Origin: Trichosphaerium sp. ATCC 40318
Taxonomy: Eukaryota > Protista > Tubulinea
Reading direction: 5' to 3'
DNA: 56,491 nucleotides
NCBI GenBank assembly: GCA_038496445.1
Contig: JALMLS010000003.1
Span: 1-56,491, forward strand
Position numbers and translations under genes: made by a program. The notes below the pieces were generated by a model, which made no database searches, was not told where the DNA came from, and was given only the letters and a program-made list of their open reading frames with translations. Positions within the stretch are counted from its first letter, which is position 1. Each line of letters opens with the position of its first letter. Shown here piece after piece: positions 13,690 through 25,578 of the stretch.

Positions 13690-14335
13690 AGTTCCAATTA
13701 ATGAATGGTATAACTGTTGTACTGATACAACGTGGAACTGTTGTTGCAACATATATCAGTGGTATCTACGGCTTTGATGAAACAGATGGTCTATTACCCG
13801 ACTTGATGTACACCATCTGTGCTCAAGTTCCAGCAAATACAGACCCAACAGCCACTGGAGCTGGTACGGACGACACCATTGACTCTGATGGTGACGAACG
13901 TATGGTCGATATTGGAGGTGGCATGGCTGAACGTGTATCTGCGTTGACTTGTACGTTTCTGCTTTGCACCATCTTTTCTCTGTTAACACATGCTTCCTGT
14001 TCTTTAGACCTCACCTTCAATCAACATGATGAATATTTACTATGATTTCAGATTTGTACGTTTAACTGTCAATATCAGAGACTTTGTTTTCTTTGACTTG
14101 GACAGTGATAACACTCAAAGCATGCCTTCAACTTTTACTTTGTTATTTGAGTAAGTACTTACCATTGTATTTTAAGGTGCTGGAGATATGCCTGTTGTAA
14201 GCAGAGATGTGTCGATCACAGACACAGGCAACGGCATGGTTATCGATAGAGAAACCACAGACAACATGAGCATGTACTTTTTCGATACAGCTGATGGTGT
14301 TATGCCTTCAACTCAGTACACGATCTGTGTTGTCG
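13690..14335 (+). pseudogene. Fragmentary SdrD-B/CnaB-like repeat protein (two repeat units)
   Basis: GITVVLIQRGTVVAT..GIYGFDETDGLLPDLMYTICAQVP..TDPTATGAGTDDTIDSDGD and a second unit DVSITDTGNGMVIDRETTDNMSMYFFDTADGVMPSTQYTICV. No intact gene model found. Confidence 0.5.
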
Positions 14336-15335
14336 TTTTTTAAAATGTTATGTATAATTCAGTTTGATGGAGGTTTGGCTACATTAAAATAGTTGTTTCC
14401 AGATCAAACAGTTTCTCTGGCAAAGACGATAGCGTTGTGGAAGTCTCACCAATGCCGAAGAGCCATCATTGGCCTTGAAGATGTACCAAATGTGTGACAC
14501 CATTAACACGTGGTTCTAGGTTCGGATTGATCAAAAAATTGAATCCGCAATCTTATCTTTTAAAGACAGGTTACCCAACCGACTATTGAGTAATGGTTAC
14601 GAGAATGGAATGAATTTGAGAGTGGAACAAAATCAAGATAGCACGTGCTACTAAAACTTCTTTATTTTGGCTAATTGTCGAAGCCAAAGCTTCTATAAGG
14701 AAGTCTAGCTTACAGCTACGCCAAAAGGCAGTCAAGACCACTTCCTTACACTTCAACTGACTCAAAAACGAACTCCTTTTTGTTTATTATCGTTCGCGAC
14801 TGTACATAGTGCATTCAAAGAAAACCAGTGGCTTTTATCTCTCATTTTCTTGAGCGTACTGGACGCTGATTGGATGAACGTAACAGCTCCCAAATTTATT
14901 CAGTTGGAATACTTGTCTAAACTGCAATCGTGGTTGATTGCAGCGTTACAGCAGGTGGTAGTGTCGTTAGTTCCATACAAAAAAATGCAAATCTCACCAA
15001 GAAATTGCACAACTTACTGGAAGCGTTTGAAAATCTTCATTTTAGCATCGCAACGCGTAGGTATTGCTGTATGTACAATGTTTCAATTTTTTTTCAACAA
15101 AACAAGCATTTACACTTTCAAACTCTGCTACGTCTTTTAAATGTACATATTTAAGCCTAGAGCTTGTGTGGAATCAACGTGTGGCGCTTGTGGTAGATTA
15201 GCCTTGACTTTTTTTTGGTTCACAATTAAATAGCTTTTTAATTCAATATAGCGTGTGGGGTGTCTTCATTTATTATAAAAGTACGTTATTAATAATATTT
15301 AACGCAAATTAGCGTTTTTGTAGGAAAAAAAAGTT

Positions 15336-15558
15336 GTATGAACCGTAACTCCTATATTTCGTGATAATTACGTTGAAATATATTATGGTATAGTTAATTA
15401 CAGCGGATACAGGCGATTTCAAGTACGTAGGCATCTGACAATTCGATTTTGGTGATAGATTTTTTGTAACAAAGTTGTGTGGCATAACCTAAGAAAACAA
15501 GTTCGGGGCCTTGTAGTTAAGTGGTAAAATACTTGATTTGGGTTCAAGTGGCCCTGGT
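15336..15558 (+). repeat. Right arm of 223-bp inverted duplication (tRNA upstream flank + 5' part of tRNA)
   Basis: Matches 12469-12691 in reverse complement. Confidence 0.93.
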
Positions 15559-15577
15559 TCGATTCCAGGCAAGGCCC
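15507..15577 (+). tRNA. tRNA-Pro (TGG)
   Basis: Acceptor GGCCTTG/CAAGGCC + C73, anticodon arm CTTGA-TT TGG GT-TCAAG, T arm CCTGG-TTCGATT-CCAGG, followed by a TTTTT Pol III terminator at ~15584. Confidence 0.92.
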
Positions 15578-17630
15578 AATACCTTTTTGGCGACGTTTTA
15601 TGCATGGTAGGGATCTGGAGAATGCTAGAAATCGAAAAACTGGCGACTTTATTATGTTTTTTTAGCGTGCAACTGTACAAAAATTTCGCTTTGACACCAA
15701 TAACAACTTTTTCGCCAATGTTAGCCCCTTGCAGCGGTAGACTAGGGTGGTACTTATCGTGCTGTACGATGACATTAACGCAGGTGGCTGTTTGTTTGAG
15801 AAAATCCTTAATAAAAAGTTTATGCAAAAAAATATGTATGAGTGAATTCTTGGTTTTTTCGTTTTATTTCGTTTCATCAACCACAGCCTCTTATTTGTGT
15901 TGTATGCAGTAGAGCACTAACTGGATGTGCTAATCAATATACACGTTTTTGAGTGTAGGAATTGTCCCCGATTATCGACAAAAAAGAATATCGATAGTCA
16001 CGTTATTCAGTTTGTTACTCATAACCTGAATAGTTTCCATGCCTAATATTTGAAAAAATGGATGCTACCAGGTGTTACAATGTATTTGTTGCTTATTACA
16101 ATGTACTGAATGCTCATAGTGATGAGCAAGAATCAGCAAAAGAATGAGATTATCCAGGTCAATTATGTAATAAAAGCAAACAACATCGATTAGCGAGCTA
16201 AGTTCTCGTAATGGTCATTTCTACATGTACAAATAGTCACGTTCAGTTTGGTGAGTATTTGTGTTGCAGAAACAATGTTAACTACAATTTTGTTTAAGGA
16301 CAATTACAAACCTCAGAAGTGTATCAAATGACACCGCTTATTACATACAATGCGTTTTTGATAGTTGCGATAGCTTCCGGTTTAATAATCACGTGGAATT
16401 GGTAAATACGCTCTGATGGCATATGCCCAGTTTTTTACAGGCCTTTTTGGGTCTTACAGCACAGAAACTTCATACCTGATAATATTGCGCTTCCAATGCG
16501 ACGGAGAAGTACAACGTGGTTGTCTAGTTCACTTGTGTGATGTTCTCCGGGTTGTGTTACTATACAAGGAGCTTGTTTCGAGGTGATTCGGAGAAGTGAA
16601 TTGTGTACTGTGGCAATTTGTCGAAAAAGGGTCGCACCTTGTCCCAAGCTTGGTTTATCCCGCATCTTTTGGAAGATCAATGTCAGCGTTGGAAATAATG
16701 GAACAGTTCATAGATGTTGAGGCCTGTATAAAGCCATTATTGATAAGTGTGATTAGTACCTGTAGCATACCCGTCACAACCTTTTATGGCTCAGTGGGGC
16801 GGAGTCCTACATTGCCAAAAAAACGTTTTTTACACTGATTTTTTGTTACCACATTAAACCGTATGACCTTAACAGCTACGCGATTTCACAGACACGTGCT
16901 TTTTCCACATAGCTTCCAAATTAAGCAGTAACCATTTTTTCATTACTTGTGTGAAAAATTATTCATGTTCCTTTCATCACGGCACATGGCACCTATCTAT
17001 GAATTTTATAAGCTGTCCAGTTTTTGGGGAAAAAAAGTAACTTGTAAGTGTTATTTTTGGGTTTTTTTTTGCTAACAAGTTTTTTTTTTGTGTTTACCGT
17101 AAACATTATTGTTAGATGTTTTTTCCTAAATTCTGTTGTGCAATAACTTTTTAAACCACACAATATCATTACATACATGCTTAGTTAGGGAGGCCCATAT
17201 TGGATAAATCTCCACCTTAACATGTTGTTTACGAATTTTACTCAAAAAATACGAGTTATTCGCAGGTTTATTGCTTAAGGGTCTTCACTACAAACTCAAC
17301 GAAGAGATATACATGGTATCTTTCTTTAATGTAGTTTTGTTTGCGCGAAATTTCAACAAGCTTTATGCAGGAAAATTAAGTAGCACTTTAATGCATTATA
17401 TTACCATCTGCATCAATATGATAGTAGTATATACTACCCCTTCCCCTTTGTGGGGAATGCAAATCGTTGTTGTGGTTTCTTGTTGGGATTTGATTAGATT
17501 ACTGGTTAGCGGAAAACCATACTTTGCATTCAATATGTTGTGTACCATCATGTGTTGGTCACGTCACTTTATATCTTTAGACTATGTTAACAATTCTCGA
17601 CTGGAGTGAAATATCTGCGTTTATTAATGT

Positions 17631-20600
17631 TTACAATGCTCCAATTATGCTAGGTTTGCGAGAATCATCCTCGATCATCATAACAGATGCACGACCAGCA
17701 TGGTCTTTAGTACTGAAAAACTTTTCAGTATCAGGTTGTAAGACCTTACGCTTCCATAAACTATCCAAAAGAACCCAATAGTCGTTCTAATTATAATTAG
17801 TTTCAATCTGTTTTGTAGCTTCTCGTACATTTTCTTCAGCAACATGAGCGGCTGCGAAAGCATGAGCTTTTCCTGATTCAATATGGTTAAAGTATACTTG
17901 TTTAGTAGCAACTTTCTTAGCTACGAAAACATTAATTGCCTGAAGCACAATACAATAGAAAAAACGTACCTATGTCAACGAACATCTTTCTTGATGTTTC
18001 TTGATCTTGTCCTCGAGCATAACGATGGTAGAAACGATGAGGTACGTAATGTAATTCAGTAGATCCGGTATCCTTGTTCACGTGATATTGAAACTCTAGA
18101 AGAAACATGACTTGCTGTGGGCTTAATTCTTTGAATTTTTTCGTCAAGCTGCCTAAACAACATATGTTAGTGATTTCATCGTGTATAGTGCTTTAGTTGT
18201 ACTTGAGAATTCCTTTGGATCCGTGATATTATATATGTCATAGTAGCCCTTCAAATCAGTATTCTTAGAAGGCACAGAAACCTCCGAAGTATCTTTTTCC
18301 AAAGGAACATCGATATCTCCGTAAAAAGCACTTTTTGAGTTGGCTTTAATTATCTCAGTGATCTCTTTAGCATACTTGCTAACAAGCTTGTCGTATGTTA
18401 TTACGTTTTCTTTGGTGACATATTCACGTTGAAAGTACATGTTTGTAGCATGAATGAAGCAAGTATCAGATTTAGCCTTTGCAATCAGATTAATATGGTG
18501 TTCTTGCTCTCCAACAAAATAAAAATTGACGTACTTGAGGTTCATAGTAGAAGTCTGGAACACATCGTGAATTAATTATGGTTTCTACCATCTTGAGCTC
18601 TTCATCAAGTGTTTCATCTTCAATTTCATCAGACTCTGCTTCGAAATGTTCAATAAACTTCTTGAAAACAGCCTTCATTTTTGGAGATATCTGAAAAAAC
18701 ACAATTAGATTAACAGCAATCTCAAATCACGTGTACTTTAGTAATGCATTTTTTTTCCTTCACATCTTCTGGAAGTTTTACTGAAGAGAAGATACCAGTC
18801 TTCATATCCATACCGCTGTCAAAATTATTCATTTCGTCAACACACCATTGCTTCAACATAGTAACCATTCTTGTCAAAAGAACACCCTACAGCACTGCGC
18901 TTAGTCACAAAGAACTACTTCGAATAGTACCTTTCTAATTCCAGTGTTTTGATAGAATGTTCCTGGCTTTATAAATGATTCTGGCACGGAAGCAGTGTAC
19001 TTGTTAGCGCTTTTTTTGCCAGTCCTGTCTTCATAAGAAATCGAAAAGTTTAGAGGTGCATTTAAGTCGTTTGTTTTCATCTTAAGTAGCACTAAAATTG
19101 TTTAGAAGAGAGCCAATACTAATCCACTTTTGTTGTAATAACTATGTGCTATCGTACCTATACCACCTTTTGTTTGACCTTCGTCATCTGTAGGAGATGG
19201 AAATAGAGTACCGACGCTAATCAGACTTCCTACACAAAACAATAAGAAAAAAAAAGGAAACACAGACCTATCATACCAGTTGTTGAATTAGCTTCAGGAG
19301 AACCGTAAATCTCTTCTATTGTCCAAGGGCCTTTACAAAAGTACTTTTTAGTAAACTTATTGACGTGTTTGGACATACCTTTCTCTAAGTTGAGTTTCAA
19401 GTCAAAAACCAAAGGCGTAACCAAGTACTCAAACTCTTCGTCCAAAGTTTTATGGAAACTCTTCTCCGACTTAACAGACATGTAGTTTGCACCTCTATAA
19501 ACGGATTAACAACGAATATGATTCAAGACGGCAGGTAAAAAAATAGGGAAAAGCTTACTTGGACTTAGTAATAGCTACACCTAAAGTTGAACCACAATCA
19601 TATCCAACATGAATTAGAGAAGTATAAATATTCTTTTCTGATGCCGTCTTAATAAGCCCCAAAAGAGACTACATTATGTCCATTAGAAAACCAGACAACA
19701 CAAAACTAGAGATGTAAAAGCACATACTTGTGGGCTTGTATCACCAGCATTTGGCATGTCATCTGTAATAAAAATAACACGATTTTCATATAAAGCAGGA
19801 TCGCAGAGTTTGCAATTGTTCTCAAGCGTTTGGAAACCAGCTTTAAATCCTATTATGACGAAAGGTTAATCAGAGGTTTGAAGAACTCATTATACCTTTT
19901 GACATGTCTGTGGAGCCTCTTGTGTTAATTCTAAGAATTCCTTCATGAAGTTTGTTTAATTCGTTGCCTTCTGGAAGAGGTCCAAAAGGATGGAATAATT
20001 GCGTTTCATGATCAAACAAGATCAAACAAAAGTTATCTTCGCCATGCTTTAAGTGTCTTGTGAGACTGACAACACTAAAGAAATTAGGGTTGATTGAAAC
20101 AAAAAAGCTGAAGCTTTTCTTCTTACGCTTTATTGGCAATAGCCATCTTTGTCACATTTCCTCCCTGGAAGCTACTGTTCATAGAACCGCTAAAAAGGTT
20201 ATAAGTTTGGTGGTAGTACAATAAACAGAACAAACCTAATGTCTAAAACAACTACCAAGTTGAGCATTTTTCTTTTAAACTCAGCTTGGCTCTCGTTACT
20301 GTTTAAACCTACAGTCATGTAATGACAAGGTTCTCCGTTCAAAGGATCTATAGATTAATTAGATTATTGATTTAATACGACAAAGAAGTAAAGTAGAACA
20401 ACGTACCAGGTGATTGTGCAAACGCGAAAGTAGGAAAAAACAGCTCATCAGGTTTATCTTCTTCATCGTTTGCAGTATCAAAGAAGTACTTTTGGAATAC
20501 GCCCTATCACGTGCTTAGATCTATAAATATGTCTTCCGCACTATACGAAAAACAACCAATGCGTATCAAATACGTACCTCGTATGAGATGCTAGAGTGTT

Positions 20601-21049
20601 TAGGCAAAGTGTTATTTTTAATGCATTGAACAAAAGTTCCAAAGTCTCTTGCACCACCAACAGAAAATCCAATCGAAGGTGAAGGACCTCCCCTTAATCT
20701 AAGGACCATATGTAGAGTACTTTCCTAACATGAAGGGTCAGAGTTCTCAACTATTGCAGCGGTCTTTCTTTTTCGCTTTCAACAAAAAAGTCGTTACCTT
20801 TTGTATGTTGTAGTCTTGTGCTGAACGCCCATCCTCAAGCATTTTACCAGCAAATATCAACCGCTGCTGATCTGGTGGTATTCCTTGTTTGTTTTATTAG
20901 CACGGAGCTATTTTTAACAATCAAGCAGCTTAAACGCTGTACGAACCTTCTTTATCCTGTATTTTTTGTTTTATCTCATCTATTGAGTCGTTTGGGTCTA
21001 TTTCTACTGTAACCGTTTTACCAGTGAGTGTTTTAATGAATATCTGCAT
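17631..21049 (-). CDS. Ubiquitin - vWA (MIDAS) - Josephin-like deubiquitinase fusion protein
   Basis: Spliced in frame across many GT-AG introns: [11 protein letters not shown]...[13 protein letters not shown]...[14 protein letters not shown]; [35 protein letters not shown]; then [25 protein letters not shown]...HAFA...YWVLLDSL. Stop at 17631-17633. Confidence 0.8.
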
Positions 21050-21681
21050 TGTTTCGTTTGTCACTATTGTTTTATGTTGTCTTAGTCGTTTAAATGTGAG
21101 TATTCTATTCTCCAAAGCACGTAAAGACTGTAACTTAAGCCAGCACTCCTTAACCGACTTCAGAAAAGGGAATACAGCACACGAAATGTCAGCTTGCACT
21201 GTCAGTAAGGAAAACGCGTATCTCAAATAGGTAGTGCAAAATTCGGTAGCACCAAACGTACCAAAACACAAACCGAAACTTCTGCTCATCGAATTACTTT
21301 CGTCGAATATTGGCCAACCCACATGGCTGACAATACGGCACTATTGGGCCACACGGCAATGTTCGATGTACAAAGCTTGAAGCTACCAATAGGAGTGTCA
21401 ATAAGATATAGTAAAGCTTTTTGGAGTATTTGAAACACATAGTTGATTTTAAAACTTTCATTCCTTCGATCTAAACTTTCGGTATAAGTTGAGCTCAAGC
21501 GTTGCCCACAAGTGATCTATTATGCTTACAGTTTGTAGATTGACTTATTTGTCAACTCTTTGTTTGAGATCTCTTGTTGTAGTACAATTGTTAAAAGAAA
21601 CTAATACACAAGTTTTAAAGTGGTATAAAAAATTGAATTAATACAAGGTTGGGTTTTTTCGTTCAGTACAGAGCTTCTTCG

Positions 21682-23837
21682 CTAGTTTGGATTTATCCAA
21701 CGGGCACTGGCTTCCCACAACTGAGATACAGCTGTATCATCGTCAAGTTTAGTGCTATACTTCGAAACACTATGACACAACGTCAACAAACAAAAACCAA
21801 AAATCAACAAGTGTCAATTAAAAACTAATTGTTTAGTGGCAGGAGTACACGTACCGCATTTCTTCAAAATAGCGCCCAGAGTAAACTGTAACATCTCTAG
21901 AAAGAGCACAAAATAGTATGGTCTTCGTACATTCTTCTGGAGTCTTTAACATCTTCTGTAGTCCCCAATTAATCCAATTCGGTAATTTTCTGTAACCAAG
22001 AAAAAATTGTGAGTTTTGTGTCAGTTTATAAATTAGTGTCTAACCTTAATAAACCTGAAGATGCCACACCAGGATTCACGCAAAATGCGGATAAAGCATT
22101 ATCACGATTACGTTTAGCAAGTTCTTTCGTGAACATTGCATTTGCAAGCTTTGAGGTTCTGAAGGCCTTGTAGAGATTAATCATGCCAGTAGCTTCTTCT
22201 CTAACAGTCTCCAAAGCGACAAGGTCAGCACCCATATGTACTATACGTTGTTATTAAAGATTTGAAAACAATAACTAAAACACGTACTACCACATCCTAT
22301 ATTAATTACGCGAGACGGTGAACCAGCCTGGGAATAAATAAGTATAATTGTGAATAGTTATCAAATACAGCAACAAAAAAGACGCATACGCGGAACCTAA
22401 AAAGGCTCTTTGTATCTATCTTTGTGCAAATGCTTCATGATTATGGTGGTTTAGTAGCGTACCAGTAGATTCTCCAACAAGAGACTTGTGAGCAAGAAAT
22501 GGCCGATATAGTTTGTTCCAAGAGTTAATTGAAATCCGTCTTTTGTTAAGCCAGCTTTAAGCAAAACATTAGTATTTTTTGTTATAACGAGTTTGCTGAT
22601 ATACATACGTTCCATTGCAATAGCAGCATTATTTATAAGAACGTCTAAATTGATGCCTTTCTGCAAAAAGTCTGAAAAAAATGACTGTTAGTGATCTTGA
22701 TAGAACGTGCGGTTCATGGCTTTGCCATCACGTGATCTTTTTGGTAAAATTATTTTCGAACATTTAAAACGTACTTGTCGCGAAATTTCGGATACTGGCC
22801 ATATCTGCTAAGTCCAGCTCCATAAATTCAATTTTATCGTTATCTACAGCCCAGTTAGTAACATAGTAATTTAAAAAAAAGGTGATAATTTTATTTCGTA
22901 CCGCATTTCATGCGTAAGTCATCTAGAAGTGGTTGAACCTTTTCTTTTGATCTACAAGCGAATATAGTATGTCCACCTAAATCTGCAATAACTTGCGCAG
23001 TTGCCTAAAAGAGTATCAATAACAAAGGTCGAGCCGAGGATCAAAAAGAAGGGAAAGGCAAAAAAAATCTTCCAAAAAATTAGACGCACCAGACCGATTC
23101 CATGCGAAGCCCCGGTGATGACAAACACCTAAATTATATTAAGTACACAGTAGACACATAGTCCAATATAATTGTTGCTTCAACGAAAAAATTCTTGATT
23201 TTTCGCGAAGTAGGAGAAATTACTTTGACACATTATGACACGCGAAAACATTTTTTAAAAACCACTCTGTAGCTTACCTTGCCTGTAATATCCATTAAAC
23301 GCAAGAATAATTGAACGTGGATAGACTCCCACTGTGTAGGAAGATTTTGTATTGATCTTATGTACTTTAAGAGCTCTTGTTGCCGTCCTTTAACGAGAGA
23401 AGGAGAATTTTTATCATCTAGCAATTTCCTCGTCTACAAATTATGTAAGCCCGGTTCACGCGATATTGAACGCCAAAAACAATGTGTACCTTCTTAGGAG
23501 GGTCAGGTAAACGGACGTGCGCGTATTTCTGTCGTAATGCGCTGTGAAGTTCTATAAACTCCTTGAAACGCCTTTTGACCGATTTTATGATATGTCCTGA
23601 TGCTTTATCTTTAATTTGAATAACGTATTGCGTATGTTTGTCTTTTGAATCTTCTTCGCTCAATGTAGCCGATGGAATAGTAACCTCTACCCAAAGGCAT
23701 TAGAACCAAGGTATTTAGGCTGGTTTTTTTACTCAAGGTGTACCAACTGTACGGGCAGGTACTGGAGACCAAAGTACGCTGCTGTCACGGCCGTTACTAG
23801 AATTTAGAATAATCTCCTCGTCAGCTGACTTTTCCAT
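21682..23837 (-). CDS. PX domain - SDR (retinol dehydrogenase/WWOX-like) fusion
   Basis: PX motifs TQYVIQI..VKRRFKEFIELHSAL...LPDPPKK...RQQELLKYI. Intron joins DITGK/VFVITGASHGIG. Also LDVLINNAA, NYIGHFLLTSLL, SKLAN, VNPGV. Confidence 0.85.
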
Positions 23838-24059
23838 CTGTCACTCAGTTTTTTAACCTCTTCCAAAATCTTCGGAATAGTATTGGGTTTAGCTTAACCA
23901 CTTGAGTTATTAAGTCGGTCCTTTTCGAAGGCCTTTGATTCTTGGTTATCGTACAACCCAGAATTGTTTCTTTAGTACTATCAAGATAAAATTGTAGCGA
24001 CTGAACGAATTTTTGTTGTACAAATTGCTTTTTTATTTAAATATGAGTACTGTACAAAA

Positions 24060-25510
24060 TCTGGCGGTAGCACTCCTGCAACGAGTTGCTTGCCAGAAAA
24101 CTGCGTTCATTCAGCACTTATCTTACCAATGTACATTTGGTTTTATTTCTCCAGAACTGCAGTGATTTGAAAGAAGCCAAACACGCGATATATTCAATGG
24201 CTTCTTTGTTTTCTATTTCACTTTTTTCTGAGAGTAAAATGAAAAAGTGAGAAGGCCAGCCGTGATTACCATAATACTAGCAATATTATACCACGCCTAA
24301 AGGAACAATAAGTAACTTTACATACAGTACATCGACACTAAAACTTACATTACTTTCCAACACTTGTGTTCCCATGAGGTTAGAACTAGACATAATCAAA
24401 TAGCTAATCGGATGTGATAAAGCCAATAACATGAAGCTAATAGTTTAGTTAATAGCCTTGATAACTTTAAATGATAATCACGTACTATACACATGCACTT
24501 GAGCCTTTCAATATAAATAAAGATAGGAGTTGGTAAGCACAATTGAAAAATGCGACTGCCTAAGAATATTTTAGGATTTGAGCTTCATAGTTTTGTTTAC
24601 TGTATTTTTTCCTAACATACCAATACAATAGGCCATACACCTTGACATCGTAGAGGATCTCCATGTAAACACAGACAGCCAGCATTTATCTCCTTTACGG
24701 TAAGAGTTAGATTAGGAATCAAAGTGTAAAGTTAAAGAACAAAAGCGTACTCCTAGCCAATCAGGTGTTTTAGATTTTACCAAAGCTAATGCAAATCCCA
24801 GAAAGAATTGTGAGGGTATTGAGAAAGCTAATTCCGCAAAACCAAGAGTTAACTAGAGACAAGTTAAAAATCAGCATTAACGTTCAAAGAATTCTATTGG
24901 AAACGCACACAAGTCAATGTTGTAGTTTTTAAAACATTCTGCTTTAGCAAACTATTGAATACCCAAGGAATTGAAGCAAACGCAATCAAGATAGGGCCTA
25001 TGATACTAGTGTGGTCAACATGAATTTCATCTACTAGGTGTTAGAATTTAATTCTTTGTCCTCTTCACCGTACGTTTGTTAATGTAAGATACCATTATAG
25101 GCAGCAATGATAGTAACGCTCCACCGAACACAACTGCCCCAGATATGTACTGATATATATTGAACCGTGTTGATACAACCCATAACGAGAGAACAAAAGA
25201 TAGAGGAATAGTTAGTCGCAAGAGAAGAGACTGACAAAGAGTAAGTCAACAAGTAAAACACAAAGTGTTTAAAAAACCAATACCTCCCAGATATCGTTTG
25301 GGTATGTTATGTGATTATGATCAGTTTTTAACAGCTGATAACCAGCGTTACGCATAGCAATCATAGCACACAGCAATCCCGCCAATACCATATAGAAAAT
25401 AGCCCAGTAAGAGATTGGTTTTGCTGTTGCTTGCATCTGTACAACTGAACCGCTAGAGCAATGTCATAAATCAACGCTTTAAGATCTATATTATACTTAC
25501 TCGCTTCCAT
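24060..25510 (-). CDS. Multi-pass membrane protein, family unknown (frame problems; may be decayed)
   Basis: Series of hydrophobic exons bounded by GT/AG and branch-point motifs. Exact model not resolved. Confidence 0.4.
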
Positions 25511-25578
25511 ATACTGTTTTAATACTATTAGGAGATCTAAGAGACGTGTTCATCGATAAATGCGCTTCAGGCACCTCG

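Noticed and set aside
12541-15486. DNA transposon with terminal inverted repeats
   Set aside because: The inverted repeat extends into the tRNA itself. No TSD or transposase is seen.
22390-22396. Possible 7-nt micro-exon in the PX-SDR gene
   Set aside because: It has flanking splice signals but breaks frame as written; unresolved without cDNA.
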